From Octopus sinensis (taxonomy: Eukaryota): a stretch of DNA of 64,000 nucleotides. Within the stretch, counting starts at the first letter, position 1, and each line of letters opens with the position of its first letter. The stretch covers positions 168,330,001 through 168,394,000 of the forward strand of contig NC_042997.1 in the NCBI RefSeq assembly GCF_006345805.1. Reading direction: 5' to 3'. Made by a program: the position numbers and the translations under genes. The notes beneath the pieces were generated by a model. It had not been told where the DNA came from and did no database searches. It was given only the letters and a program-made list of their open reading frames with translations. This document shows positions 25,711 through 37,706 of this stretch, piece by piece.

Positions 25711-28152
25711 TGATGAACAAAACAAGATGCTTTCCTTCACAACTTTGCTTCCAAGTCGGTGGCCAATCAAATTTTACTCTAAATTAAAAGAAGGAGAGCA
25801 AACATTCATCCATCCATATATACATACAATATTATATTATAGTATACTATATTACGTCACTTATTCTAAATTATCTATCAGTTGTCTTACAAGTAATATA
25901 AAAAATACAAATGCCATTCTCTTATTCCATAGTTAAGACAGCATTTGTTTATTGTGTTACATACATAGGTCTTAGCTGTTTAATATAGAAGACATTTTTT
26001 TTTGTTTGTTTAAAACAAAAAAACCTTATATTTGAAAATGTTTCTATGTTTCATATTTCAACTACTTAATTCAGCTGCTTCAGCAAGAACTAAAACTACT
26101 TAAAAATTTCTGTTGCTTATAAGTGGCTATTGGTTTGCTTCTCTAATTTTAGGTTTTTATATCTTTAATTCTCTATTGCTATCAATGTGGCTAGTTTGAA
26201 CCTACTTTTGCAGAGACCTTTACTCAGACAGACATAGGTTTCCTTCTTTTCCTGTCTAGTTGTGGCTCTACTGAACTGAGGCCTTGACATTTGAAGCAGT
26301 AAACTTGAATGTTTTTAGTCTTATAATTTTTATTTAGAGAGAGAGAAATAGAAAGAGAGAGAGGGTGTGTGTTTTCAAGTGTGAGACATAAAGAAGAGAA
26401 TTCTCAATTTCTCTTAGTGAAGTCATAGTTGGGTTTAAATCAGTTTCACTCTTACAATATTGAATTGAAAACATCTTGACTCTTTAGTTTTCAAACTAGT
26501 CATACCCGGCCTAAGTATTCTACCAATTTTATTTAAAACTGGCTAGATCTGGCCTCTCACACCTATCTTACGATCTCCTTCTGTAAACAATCGCATCATG
26601 AAAATCGCTTACCCACAAGATAATGCATGATTAATTGGAAATAATATGAATAAACAAGCATCACATTTGAGAGAGTAATCTAAATGTCATTGGGTCAATT
26701 CAGAAATGAAGCATTTTTATATTTAGGCAGGTTTGCACTTACCTAATAATTATAGGATAATCAAACATTAAAAAAAAATTGTTAAAAATATTACCCAATA
26801 TATAATATTAAGCTATAACTGAAATTTTTATTTATAATTCTTTTGTCTGTTTTGCATTATTTTTCATCGTTTACTTGCTTCAGTCATTGGGCTGCAACCA
26901 GGCTGTGGCATTGCTTTGAAGGGTTGAAGTCCTACACTTATTCTGTCAATCTTTTTTTGCTTAACTGCTAAGTTGCAAGGACATAAATAAACTGGTTGCC
27001 AAGTGGTTGGAGGCAGACGCACACACACAATGGGCTTCTTTCAGTTTCCATCTACCAAATCCACTCACAAGTTGTCTTAAGGCTGTAGTAAAAACACTTG
27101 GCCAAGGCACTATTCAGTGGGACTGAACCTGAAATCATGTAAATGAGAAACTTAATATCATGATTCACTGAAATTGTAAAATTTTGATGCTTACATAAAT
27201 TTTATTGATTTTCATTTTTTCCCTAAATCAGAATATGCTGTCAGAATGTTATGAATGCAACTGATTAAAAATTTAAGTTAAACATTTTTTTAATTAAAAA
27301 TAATTTATTTTTTACCAACCAAATTATTGCAACTTGATACATTTAGGCTACAAGACAGCAAAGGAGCCTATTGGATTACTCAGCCTGTTAGAAATAGCAA
27401 TCAAATCATCAAATCTCATCCCTCTGTTTTAAAAAGGGAAGAATGCATTGGATAATGTAGTCCTAGATGCACTGTCTGAAAAAAGGATGGGTTGTTTGTG
27501 ACTAGAACATCTTTTGGTCTTAGCTTTTGCCAGATTAGATTAAATGAGCTGGGACTAAACAACAGTATATTCCATATTGAAGAAAGCAAGTTGTAGGAAC
27601 ACTGATGCTTTGTGTCCTGTAATGGAGAATGTTAAAGAATATATTCAGGGATGTGTTATTATGCTAAAAATGTGTTAGTTTAGATTGAGATGTGTTTATG
27701 GGAGTCAGCTATAAACTATGTTGGTTGGATTATCTTCAGTTTTGTCTCATTATTTTTTTTTAAGTAGTAGAATTTTTTTATGGCATTAATATAGTTGGTT
27801 TTGTTAGAATTTTTTTTGTATAGTTTTAATGTGTTTTATTCTATTTTAGTTGGCAAATTTCAACAACTGATTTTGGCAGTTATGTAAGATTATTTTCCTC
27901 TCCTGGCATTTTTTAAGATTTGTAGCCAATACCTGAGATAGAATTAATCTGCAAATGATTTAGAGAAAAGTAATTATGTAAGATGTGAAGACACTGATAA
28001 TGAAATTACACATGGTACAAGCATGGTTGTGTAATTAAGCTCTCTTTGTTATCATAGGGTTTTGGATTCAATCTCACTGTATGATACCATGGGCATGTGG
28101 TTTTTTTATACCCATAGGATAACCGATGTGTTGTGAGTGAATTTGGTAAATA

Positions 28153-30612
28153 TTGGGTCATCCCATAAATAATGCAATTTTTTTATTTTTCAGAATTAAG
28201 ATAAGCAAAGTTCTTTTTTAACCGTTTTCCACAATGCTCTTCCATCTATCTGGTAGACTTGCAAGGCCTGTCTTCCAGAATTCACTTGTCCGTGATGAAA
28301 AATACTCCTCCAGTACTGTTCTAACATCATCTACAGAATTCATATTTTTTCCATCAAACTGATTTTGAAGACTGTGAAATAATGATAATCAGATGGGGCA
28401 ATGCCCAGCGAATATGATGGGTGGGGCATCATTTCCCATTCAAACTGCTCCAGCCTTTGGAATGTCATCCTTGCTGTATGTAGCCAAGCATTATCCTAAT
28501 GAAAAAATACCTTTCATCTTGAAACCAAAGATGGTCGTTTTTCTTAGTGTGCTGACTTGAGCCTCTCAATCTGCTTGCAGAAGATCTTCTTTATCATTTG
28601 GTTTGGACTTAAAAGTTCAAAGTGGACTAAACCTTTCATATCCCACCAAACAGATAACAAAACCTTACATGGGTGAAAACCTTCTTTACCCTGGGGTACT
28701 GGTGTTTCTCCTTTCCCTACCCACTGTCTTCAGCACTTGACATTTTTATAGAGAACCCATTTCTCGTCACCAGTCACTATATAGTCTCAAGAAGGTTCAT
28801 TCGTGAGATGTGACAGCAAGGAAGAGCACACATTTACTCTCTGCGTTTGATTAGACTCAGAAAGTTTGTGATGAACCTATTGACCTGATGGCATGCAGGT
28901 GTCGATGAATAGTTGAACGACCAAATCCAAGCTTCTCTTCTAGTTCCTCAGCAATTACAATGGAGTTTTGTTCCACCAGGGTTTGCAGGATGTCTTTGTT
29001 GAGCTCTACAGATCTTCCAGGATGAGGCTCATCTTCTAGGCTGTAGTTTCCAGCTTGGAATTTCTGGAACCACCATTGACACTGGCTTAGGCTTATTGTC
29101 CGTTCCCCATTGTTGCCTTTATTGAACTCATAAAGCAAAATACAGGGTTTGGACAAAATAATGGAAACACCTTAAAATTTCAAATAAATTAATTTTAATA
29201 TGGGATAGGACTGCCTTTGGCAGCATGAATTCTACAAGATATGGACTTGTAAAAAGTTTGAATTGTTTCCTAAGGAATTTTGGTCCATTCTTCAGCTAAA
29301 ACAGTCTCCAGTCCTTGTAGTAATGATGGTGGAGGATATCGACTCCTTACTTGTTTTTCTAAAATGCACCATAAATGTTCAATAATATTGAGATCTGGGA
29401 ACTGTGGTGGCATGATAAGATGTTCAACTTCACTAGAATGTTCCTTGTGCCATTCAGTAACAACTTTAGCTGTGTGAATTGGTGCATTATCATCCTGAGA
29501 GATTGCGTTTCCCTCCAGAAACAGTTCCACAACCATAGAATGAATTTGATCAGATAAAATGCATAAATAGTCTTGACTATTAATTCTGCTATGAAGGGAC
29601 ACCATTGGGCTGGCAGATTTCCAAGATAAGCGCCCCCCCCCTATCATCACAGATCCTCCTCTATGTTTAACAGTTGGAAGAAGGCAGTCTGGGTCAAATG
29701 CTTCTTTTGGCTTTCTGCACATGTATACTTGGCCAGTAGTCAGAAATAAGGTAAAGGATGACTCGTCTGAGAAAATAATATTCTTCCACTGCTCTAGGGA
29801 CCAATTCTGTAGGTTTTTACTCCACTCTAAACGCTTTGCAATGTTTGTTTTTGAAAGTAGTGGTTTTCTGATTGCAGCCTCCCATGAAATCCAGCTTTGT
29901 GCAGCTTTTGGCAAACAGTTTTTGTGGAAACTGGGTTCTTGAGGTGGTCATTAAGCTTTGCAGTAATTTTGATAGCTGTACTTTTGTGATTCTTTCTAAC
30001 AATTCGCGTAAGAGTCTGACAGTCCCTATATGAAAGTTTTGGTTTTCTTCCAGAGTTTTATTTCGACAGAGATTTTTCCCTCTTTCTCAAAGGCTGTCAT
30101 TACTTTCAAGGCAGTACTTCTTGATACACCAGACATTTCAGCTGTTTCCATTACGCTAGCACCTGCTATGAGCACCATCAGTTTGACCTCTTTGAAAGTG
30201 TAATAGATCTGTCATTTTAATGAATTTTAATTACCTTTTTCAGTTGATATCTGAAAAGAAACAGCAATTTTAGCAAAACAAATTAAGCAACACTAACAAT
30301 AAATCAAAAAACATAAAAATAAACAAGCTTTTGATGGTTTTTCAGATATTTCAAAATTATGATGCTAGGTGTTTCCATTACTTTATCCAACCCCTGTGTG
30401 CCGAATATGCTCCTTTGCACTTCCATTATAGCTTCGAAAAAATAACTGTTAAAATTGAATTGCACTCTTCAAAAATTTTCACTAAGAATAAGTACAAGGT
30501 AAAATTACTACCTGCTTTTATAGCAAGTTGATGTATGTAGTTTATCCCGTCCCCCTCCGACTGTTAGTTCATGCAATTGAAAAATCTGCATTTTTTTTAT
30601 AAGATGACCCAA
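28153..30612 (-). mobile_element. Full-length but dead mariner (DD34D), interrupted by a Tc1-like element
   Basis: TIRs TTGGGTCATC..ATAAA.AATGCA at both ends with TA flanks. IVTGDEKW, DNA..H and APSDY motifs with 34 residues between D and D. N-terminal ATG at 30426. Confidence 0.9.
29143..30396 (-). mobile_element. Tc1-like element with DD36E triad (Incomer-type), 1254 bp, frameshifted transposase about 29270-30215
   Basis: 29-bp TIRs CAGGG(T/G)TTGGA(C/T)AAA(A/G)TAATGGAAACACC, TA/TG flanks. IFSDES, QDDNAP and PDLNIIE motifs with 36 residues between D and E. Confidence 0.9.
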
Positions 30613-30849
30613 TAAAACTGTATGGATGATCATTATGTGTGTGTGTTTGTATTTTTCTTTCTACCTTGTTACTGATATAGGGAGAGGGGGTTTGCTTTCT
30701 ATGCTTTGACCTGCGCATAAGACGGTCTTTGAGCTGGGAAATGAATGGAATGCCTGGGGTGTGTCTTGTTGTGGCTACCCACTCTTATGGGTAATTTAGG
30801 CCTTGGTAAATAAATACCTTGCTACTTGACAAACACTTGTAGTTTATTC

Positions 30850-31240
30850 TTTTTTTACTTGTTTCATTCATTTGACTACAGCCATGCTGGAGCACTGCCT
30901 TACAGTGTTTTAGTAAAAAAAAAACTAACTCCAGGACTCATTCTGTGTAAGACTTGTACTTATCCTATTTGTCTCTTTTGCTGAACCGCTATGGGTTTAT
31001 GGGTACATAAACATACCAGCATCAGTTGTCAATCAATGGCAGTGGGGGGGGGGCAAGGACACACACACATACACACCAGGCTTCATTCAGTTTCTGCCTA
31101 CCAAATCCGCTCAAAAGGCTTTGGTCAGCCTGAGGCTATAGTAGAAGACACTTGCCCAAGGTGCCATGCAGTGGGACTGAACCCAGAATCATATGATTGG
31201 GAAGCAAGCTTCTTACCACACAGCCATGCCTGCACCTGTG
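30850..31240 (-). mobile_element. tRNA-derived SINE family C (CORE-like central CTTGGGCAAGT motif)
   Basis: Minus head GGCATGGCTGTGTGGTAAG..GGGTTCAGTCCC. Further copies near 15890, 26870, 39058, 47040 and 50410. Confidence 0.75.
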
Positions 31241-33751
31241 TTTATGTTTTCATAACTTTGCTGTCCAGCAACAAGAGAGAGTGATAAAATGTGTGCCAAA
31301 ACTTAAGATAAATATACTGTGATCACAATTTGTTCAATGAAAATCTTCAAGGTGATGCCCCAGACTGGCCACAGTTCAGTGATTGAAAAATTGAAAAGAG
31401 TAAACAAAATGCTTGAGATGCATAAAGAAATGTTGTATTGCTGATTTGTCCAACTCATGTGTTAATATAGAAAATGACTGATGCCTTTTTAATGGCTGGT
31501 ATTCTTTGTGTTTATGTATGTTAGTTGTGTATATTTATGTAGGTTATGTTAGTTGAAGTTTATATTATTTAAGGCTCTATGAATTTACTTCTATGTGTAA
31601 CTTGATATTTTTGTTGAAATTGGATATAAGGGATCACAGACTGAATCAACAGATGTTAGAATTGTATGACCCCATTTTTATATTTCATATCAGTTGTGTT
31701 AGCTTGCATGTTTAAAAGAAATGGAGATGGCTTTTAATAAGATGATCTATATCTTCAAATTTTAAAATGTAGTGTCTTCTTCAAGCTGGTATAATCTTTA
31801 GTATCAAGAAAAATGCCTTGCGATATTTGTTCTGGGTCTTTACATTCTGAGTTCAAATCCCACTGAAGTCAACTTCGCTTTTCATCCCTCCAGGGTCTGT
31901 AAAATAAAGTGCCAGTCTAGTACTGAATTCAATCAACAAACTTGCTCTTCTCAAAATTGCTGGCCTTGTGCCTAAATTCGAAACTACTACTACTACGACG
32001 ACGATCATTTTCCAAACTGCATACTTTTCTTTTGTTACTACAGCAAAATATTGATTTGTTTTTTTTTGGCTGAAGGCCAATTTTTGTTGGAGAAGTGGTA
32101 TAGCTGTTTGAATTGACCCACTGTACTTATTTTATCCAACAGCAACAGGATTTGAATCATCGCAAAAAAAAAAAAAAAAAGCCCCTTCCCCACTACCAAA
32201 CCTATTATGATTCAGACTTTGAACAAAATAACCAACAAGGTTTTAAAATACTAAAATAATCATTAGTTATTTGAAAGGATTCTCCCTTTTATTTCTCCCA
32301 GCTATATTGTTTCAAATTTTTCCGATGGTCTATTTAGGGAACGAGCATTCTATATTCTGTATAGATTGTTTTTGTTCTTCATGTTATTGTAGTTAAATAA
32401 TAACTGATATTTTTGTTCCAGGGTAATTCTCTACATAGAAGTGAAAATGGTTTTTGAAGTCTGCTATAATTACTTGTTCTGTGATATGATAACAAAAAAT
32501 TAAAGCAGAAATAAAGAGCTAATTGTGGCTTTAAATTAGTAAATATAGGCAATTTCATCAATTTTTTCCAGTAATTTAGTCACATTGTATTTCCATGAAC
32601 TAAATTATTTTCATGAGAGCAACATGGAGCTACAAAAGATGCTTTATTTTTAGAACTTAAGTGGAAATACTTTGCTCATTGCTTGCAAAAATTTCCTCTA
32701 TGTGTGAAAATTTGGAGATTGGTTGATCAAATATTTGGTAAAAATAAACAATGATCTGAAAGAAGGGATAGTGAAATGCACATAATTGTATAGGGAGTCA
32801 ACATTTGATAGAAGACATTGCATAAATTATTATTATCGCCATTTCACATCAGTTTTTCTATGCCAGCATGAGTTGGACAGGTTTGAAGCAGCACAGTATA
32901 TTGCCACTTGTTGCGGCATGCTGTTTTAATAATAGTTTTAATAATAGCTTCTTTGTTATCTACTTTTCATGTGATTTTCATGCAGATATATCACCAAACT
33001 TGTTTGTTTGTGTACCATGTACAGGAAATATTATGGTTATGCTTTTTTTTTGTCTATTTTCAATTAGATATTTTGATAATAGTCTATCCTTATACCCAAC
33101 CTTATAATTTACAATTACTCAGGGTATATTATAAACTTTTTCAAGTAATCCAGTAGATCCACATTATAATCTTATAACCTCACTGCATTACAGGCATCAC
33201 CTTGCTTAAATTGAATCATACTCCACTCTCTTGCTCTATCTGTCACCATTTACATATGAAACTGAAAATGATTTATAAAAATGTAGTAGGTTAATTTTAA
33301 TAAGTAAAAAAAAAAAAATGCATGAACATAACATTTTTATGAAAATATAAGTAAAAATATTTTTTTAAGCTCAATGTGGAAGAGCCAGCTATTTTATAAC
33401 CCACTAAGCTGTTGAATTCACATTCAATTCATTTATTTCTTGAGATGTCAAAATTTTCACTTTACAACTATGACTTGGTCACTGACACAGTTCCACTGTA
33501 ACTCACTTGGCTCTTCCATGAGATAATTGCTTCAGTTTCCACACAGTCTCAGTCAAGATACTTGTTTGACAAGTACAACTCTGAAATTTTATATACTTTT
33601 CTATTTATTTATTTTTTTAAAAGTAAATTACAATGGTTAATTAATTACTCAGTGTTTTAATTAGAATTTTATAACTCACTACAAAAAAAATATTGATACT
33701 AACTTAACTCCTGTTTTTCATGCGGATTGCTTCTCTGAGTAATTCACCTTT

Positions 33752-33754
<3 letters not shown>

Positions 33755-33784
<30 letters not shown>
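33755..33784. repeat. (TA)n microsatellite
   Basis: Direct reading. Confidence 0.95.
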
Positions 33785-33787
<3 letters not shown>

Positions 33788-36700
33788 CAAGTGTACTAAT
33801 TTTTCATGCCTATTCATTTACAATATTTACTAAATTTCATTGGCACATACAGTAAAGACTGAATACCTTAGTGATGAGGTCTAATAAGACCAAAGCATGT
33901 TCAGAGTTGTCTTCTATATTTGTCAAAATGATTAGTATAATTAAATTAATTATTGTTTTTCCTCACCATATAAGTATTTCTAATTAGAGTTTTGATACTC
34001 CCCACATTAAATATCTCAACACTAACTTAATGACTTATTTTGCATTACTATATTCTTTAAGTTTTTTTTTTCTGGTTTTTAATCATTGGACTGTAGGGGC
34101 CTCAGTACTTATTCCAGTATGGTACTTATTTTATAAATCTCTCTTAATCAAATGGTTAAGCTACTCTTTGACATAAAGGGATGCTATTCAATGCATCATT
34201 TTACTGTAGTATATGCTAATATAGACACACATATATAGTGTTATATAGCAATGCTGGTGCTCTCTGCACCCTTAGTCACTTTTAGAGATAGTGAATTATT
34301 TCCTTTTGGTTTTTATACACACACACACACACACACACACATATATTGCAGTAGTGCACCTATTTCTGTCTTCATTCTTGATCTCTCTCTCTCTGTCTCC
34401 GGCTGGGTAACCTTGTACTTCCTCTACAGCAAGACACCTATTTCTGTCTCTTTGTCTCAATATAACCTTTCATCATCTGACACAAGTTTGCCTCCTCCAC
34501 TGTCCCTCCCCCCTTGAAAGTTTTTTTTGTGTCTTGCAAGTACTTGGTGACCCTATCGGTGCAGGTGCCACTTAAAAGCACCCAGTCCACACTGTAAAGT
34601 GGTTGGTGTTTGGAAGGGCATCCAGCTGTACAAACCTTGCCAACACCCATGCTAGCATGGAAGGCGGATGTTAAACGATAATGATGATATATTGATACAC
34701 ACACACACAATGGTCTTGTACATAGATTCCACTGACCAAATTCCATTCATAAGGCATTGTTCAACTGAAGACCCTGTTGAAAACACTTGAGGTGCTGTGC
34801 AGCAGGATCAAATCCAGAACCAACTGATTACGAAGTGAATTTATTAATCATATGGCTGTGCTGGCACCCGTAGCATTAAATTTGACGTAGAGTTAGAGGT
34901 TGGCTTAAAGAGTTATTTAATATCAAGCACAATGTCTTACTGCTTTTAGTTTATATAGAATATATATCACTTTACTTGTTCCTTTGAAGTGAAATAAATA
35001 TTGATGATAACCTGAGAGTAATTCTATAGACTATTACTTTGTTCCATACAAAAAGAGCTATCAGTTGAAAATATTGTTTATTCCCACTATAGATTACATA
35101 AAACCCGCAAATAGAATTAGCTATCTATTGCAAAAGAATGATATTAAATATCAATGTTACAGAATGAAAATAAAAATTGAAATGGATTATTTTCATATCT
35201 CTTACTTAACTAGGTATTTGGTGAATGTATGATAGAAAATCCTGTTTAAAAGAAAGGAGAGAAAAATTCAACCACAATATTTGAGCTATTTTTTTATATC
35301 ACTACCTACTTAAAATAACCCTATCATTAGTGTAGGCAGTACATTGATACATATGTGTGTCAGGCTAGATAATCGAGTGACTTGATTGTTTAACATTACA
35401 CTTTAATTTTGTCATGCTTCACATAATCTTTTAATGATCTAGAGTCAGTAAAGTATATACCAACTGCAGCATTGAATCAATTACACACAAGCTCACTTAT
35501 ATCCATCATGCTGAGTTTAGGTGGTTGGCTAAATGGACACACATTGTTCCATTATTTATATTCATTACCAATGAAACTTAATCAATTGACAATAAACACA
35601 CCACTTGTATTAACAGCCTGGAGATGTTTGATCAGTGTTCAATGTTGTATGGCCACTTAATGTTGGACTCAGTGTCTTTTGATATCAATTGGTTTCTTCT
35701 GTGCCATAAATTTCATTGGAACATAGCCTGCTGCAAGAGCTCAACATAAAGATTCATATCATGATAATTAATCCAATAAGTGCCAATAAGGTGCCAATAA
35801 GTTTAGCTGCTACAAGGTGTGGACAAATCTGAAGTTTTAGACTAAGATCCTTCTACAGATAGTTTTCAAGTAGCTACTATCCTTGAAAATTCTTTCATCT
35901 AGAAAGGTCAGATTTTTTTCTCTACTCTGCACAGCAGTTAAACTTACCCTTACAAATTTTCTTGAATATATTATTATCACTGCTGCTGATGCAAATCTCA
36001 CCACATTCCAGATATTACCCTTATATCATTATGGCTGCTACAATTTTGTCTAAGTATAATTTTTATGCTCTTTACTAATGGTAGTGTTCTTGGCCACATC
36101 TGTAATTTAACATCCTGTTATTAATTTGTAAAAACTTCCACTATATATAGATTTCTAGATTGTTCATGTTGCTTTGGTCTGACAAATTTCATTTATGAAG
36201 TACAGTAATTATCAATGATATCCTGATAGTGAAATTTGTTATATTTTCTAAGATGCCGTCTCTAATTACTTCTAGTGTATTTGTCATTGGGCCTATCCAT
36301 GTTTAGCCTTCTCATTTTGCCACCACTAAATTTATCAATATTTCTCTCACCCAGCATAAGGCATATACTGTATATAAGAGACTGCATCAGATCTGCTTGT
36401 ACCCCATACACCCTACTGTTATCTTTTCTGTACTTAGTCATCACTCTCTCATCCCTAAGAACCACTTGTTATTGACATCCATCATTCACCCTTAGCCACT
36501 GCTATTACTATCTATTTTTTATTAACTTCCTCTACCCCCTCTCACCCCAATCAATCCATTTCTTCCATCACATTCTTGCTCCCGTCTTGGTTCTGTGAAT
36601 CATCGTCTTCTATTTATTTCAGCCATATAACCTTCTGTAAATGAACACATAACTCTCTAATCTTAACTATGTTTTAGGTAGTGTCTCTGAGTGTTCAATC

Positions 36701-37679
36701 ACAGCAATATATTTTTGAGATATGCTAATTTTTCATGCTCATTCATTTTCATTATTGTACATTTACTTGTAAATATACAATAGTGAAAATGAATGGGCAA
36801 ATACAGTGAAGTCTGCATGCTTTGGTGATGAGCTTTGAGACCAATGCATGTCTGGAGTTTTCAATATTTGCTAAAATAATTAATATAATATTCACCTTTA
36901 AATTAATGATGTCTTTTCCTCACTGTATAAGTATTTCTAATTATATTTTTGATACTAAGTACATTAAATGTATCACCACTCATCGAACAATTTATTTTTA
37001 TATACAACTATATTCTTTTAGTCTTGTTTTCCTGGTTCCAGTCTTTGGACTGCAGCCATACTGTGGTATGAACTTCAAAGGATTTTAGTCGACCTTATGG
37101 ACCTCCGTACTTATTTCAGTATGTTACTTATCTTATCAATCTCTATTAATTGAATGGTTTAAGTTACTGTTTAACATAAAGGAACACAGTTTGAAGCACT
37201 GCTAGTGTTACTCCATTTGTGTCTTCCATGATAAAATTCACCCAGTACACTCTGTAGAGTTGTTAGTGACGAAAATGGCATCTAACTATAGAAACTAATC
37301 CAAAAATGAAGCCTATGAGTATCCTGATAAGAATTGAATCAGGTCATGACAACCTTTCCAACCCATACCGCCATAGAAAACAGACATAAAATGATGATGA
37401 GCTTGTTGCACCTCTAAGTTAAATGTTGATAGAGCTAATGACTGATAAAGCAGTGTTTCCATCTTTTAATTTCAAACACTGTGAATCTGTTAAATCTGTT
37501 TGTTAGTCTCTCTGTTTCAACAATTGAATTTAATAATTTTATGGACTGTTTTCATTAAAATTTCATGCTCCATTGCAAAAGACAGATTATGTAATCTGTC
37601 TTTTGAAAAACTGAAGAAGTTCATGGCTATAGAGGCTCCCTAATGGGACATACAATATGGGTCATCATGTATGCCCATA

Positions 37680-37706
37680 TGTGTGTGTGTGTGTGTGTGT
37701 GTGTGT
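37680..37706. repeat. (GT)n microsatellite
   Basis: Direct reading. Confidence 0.95.
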
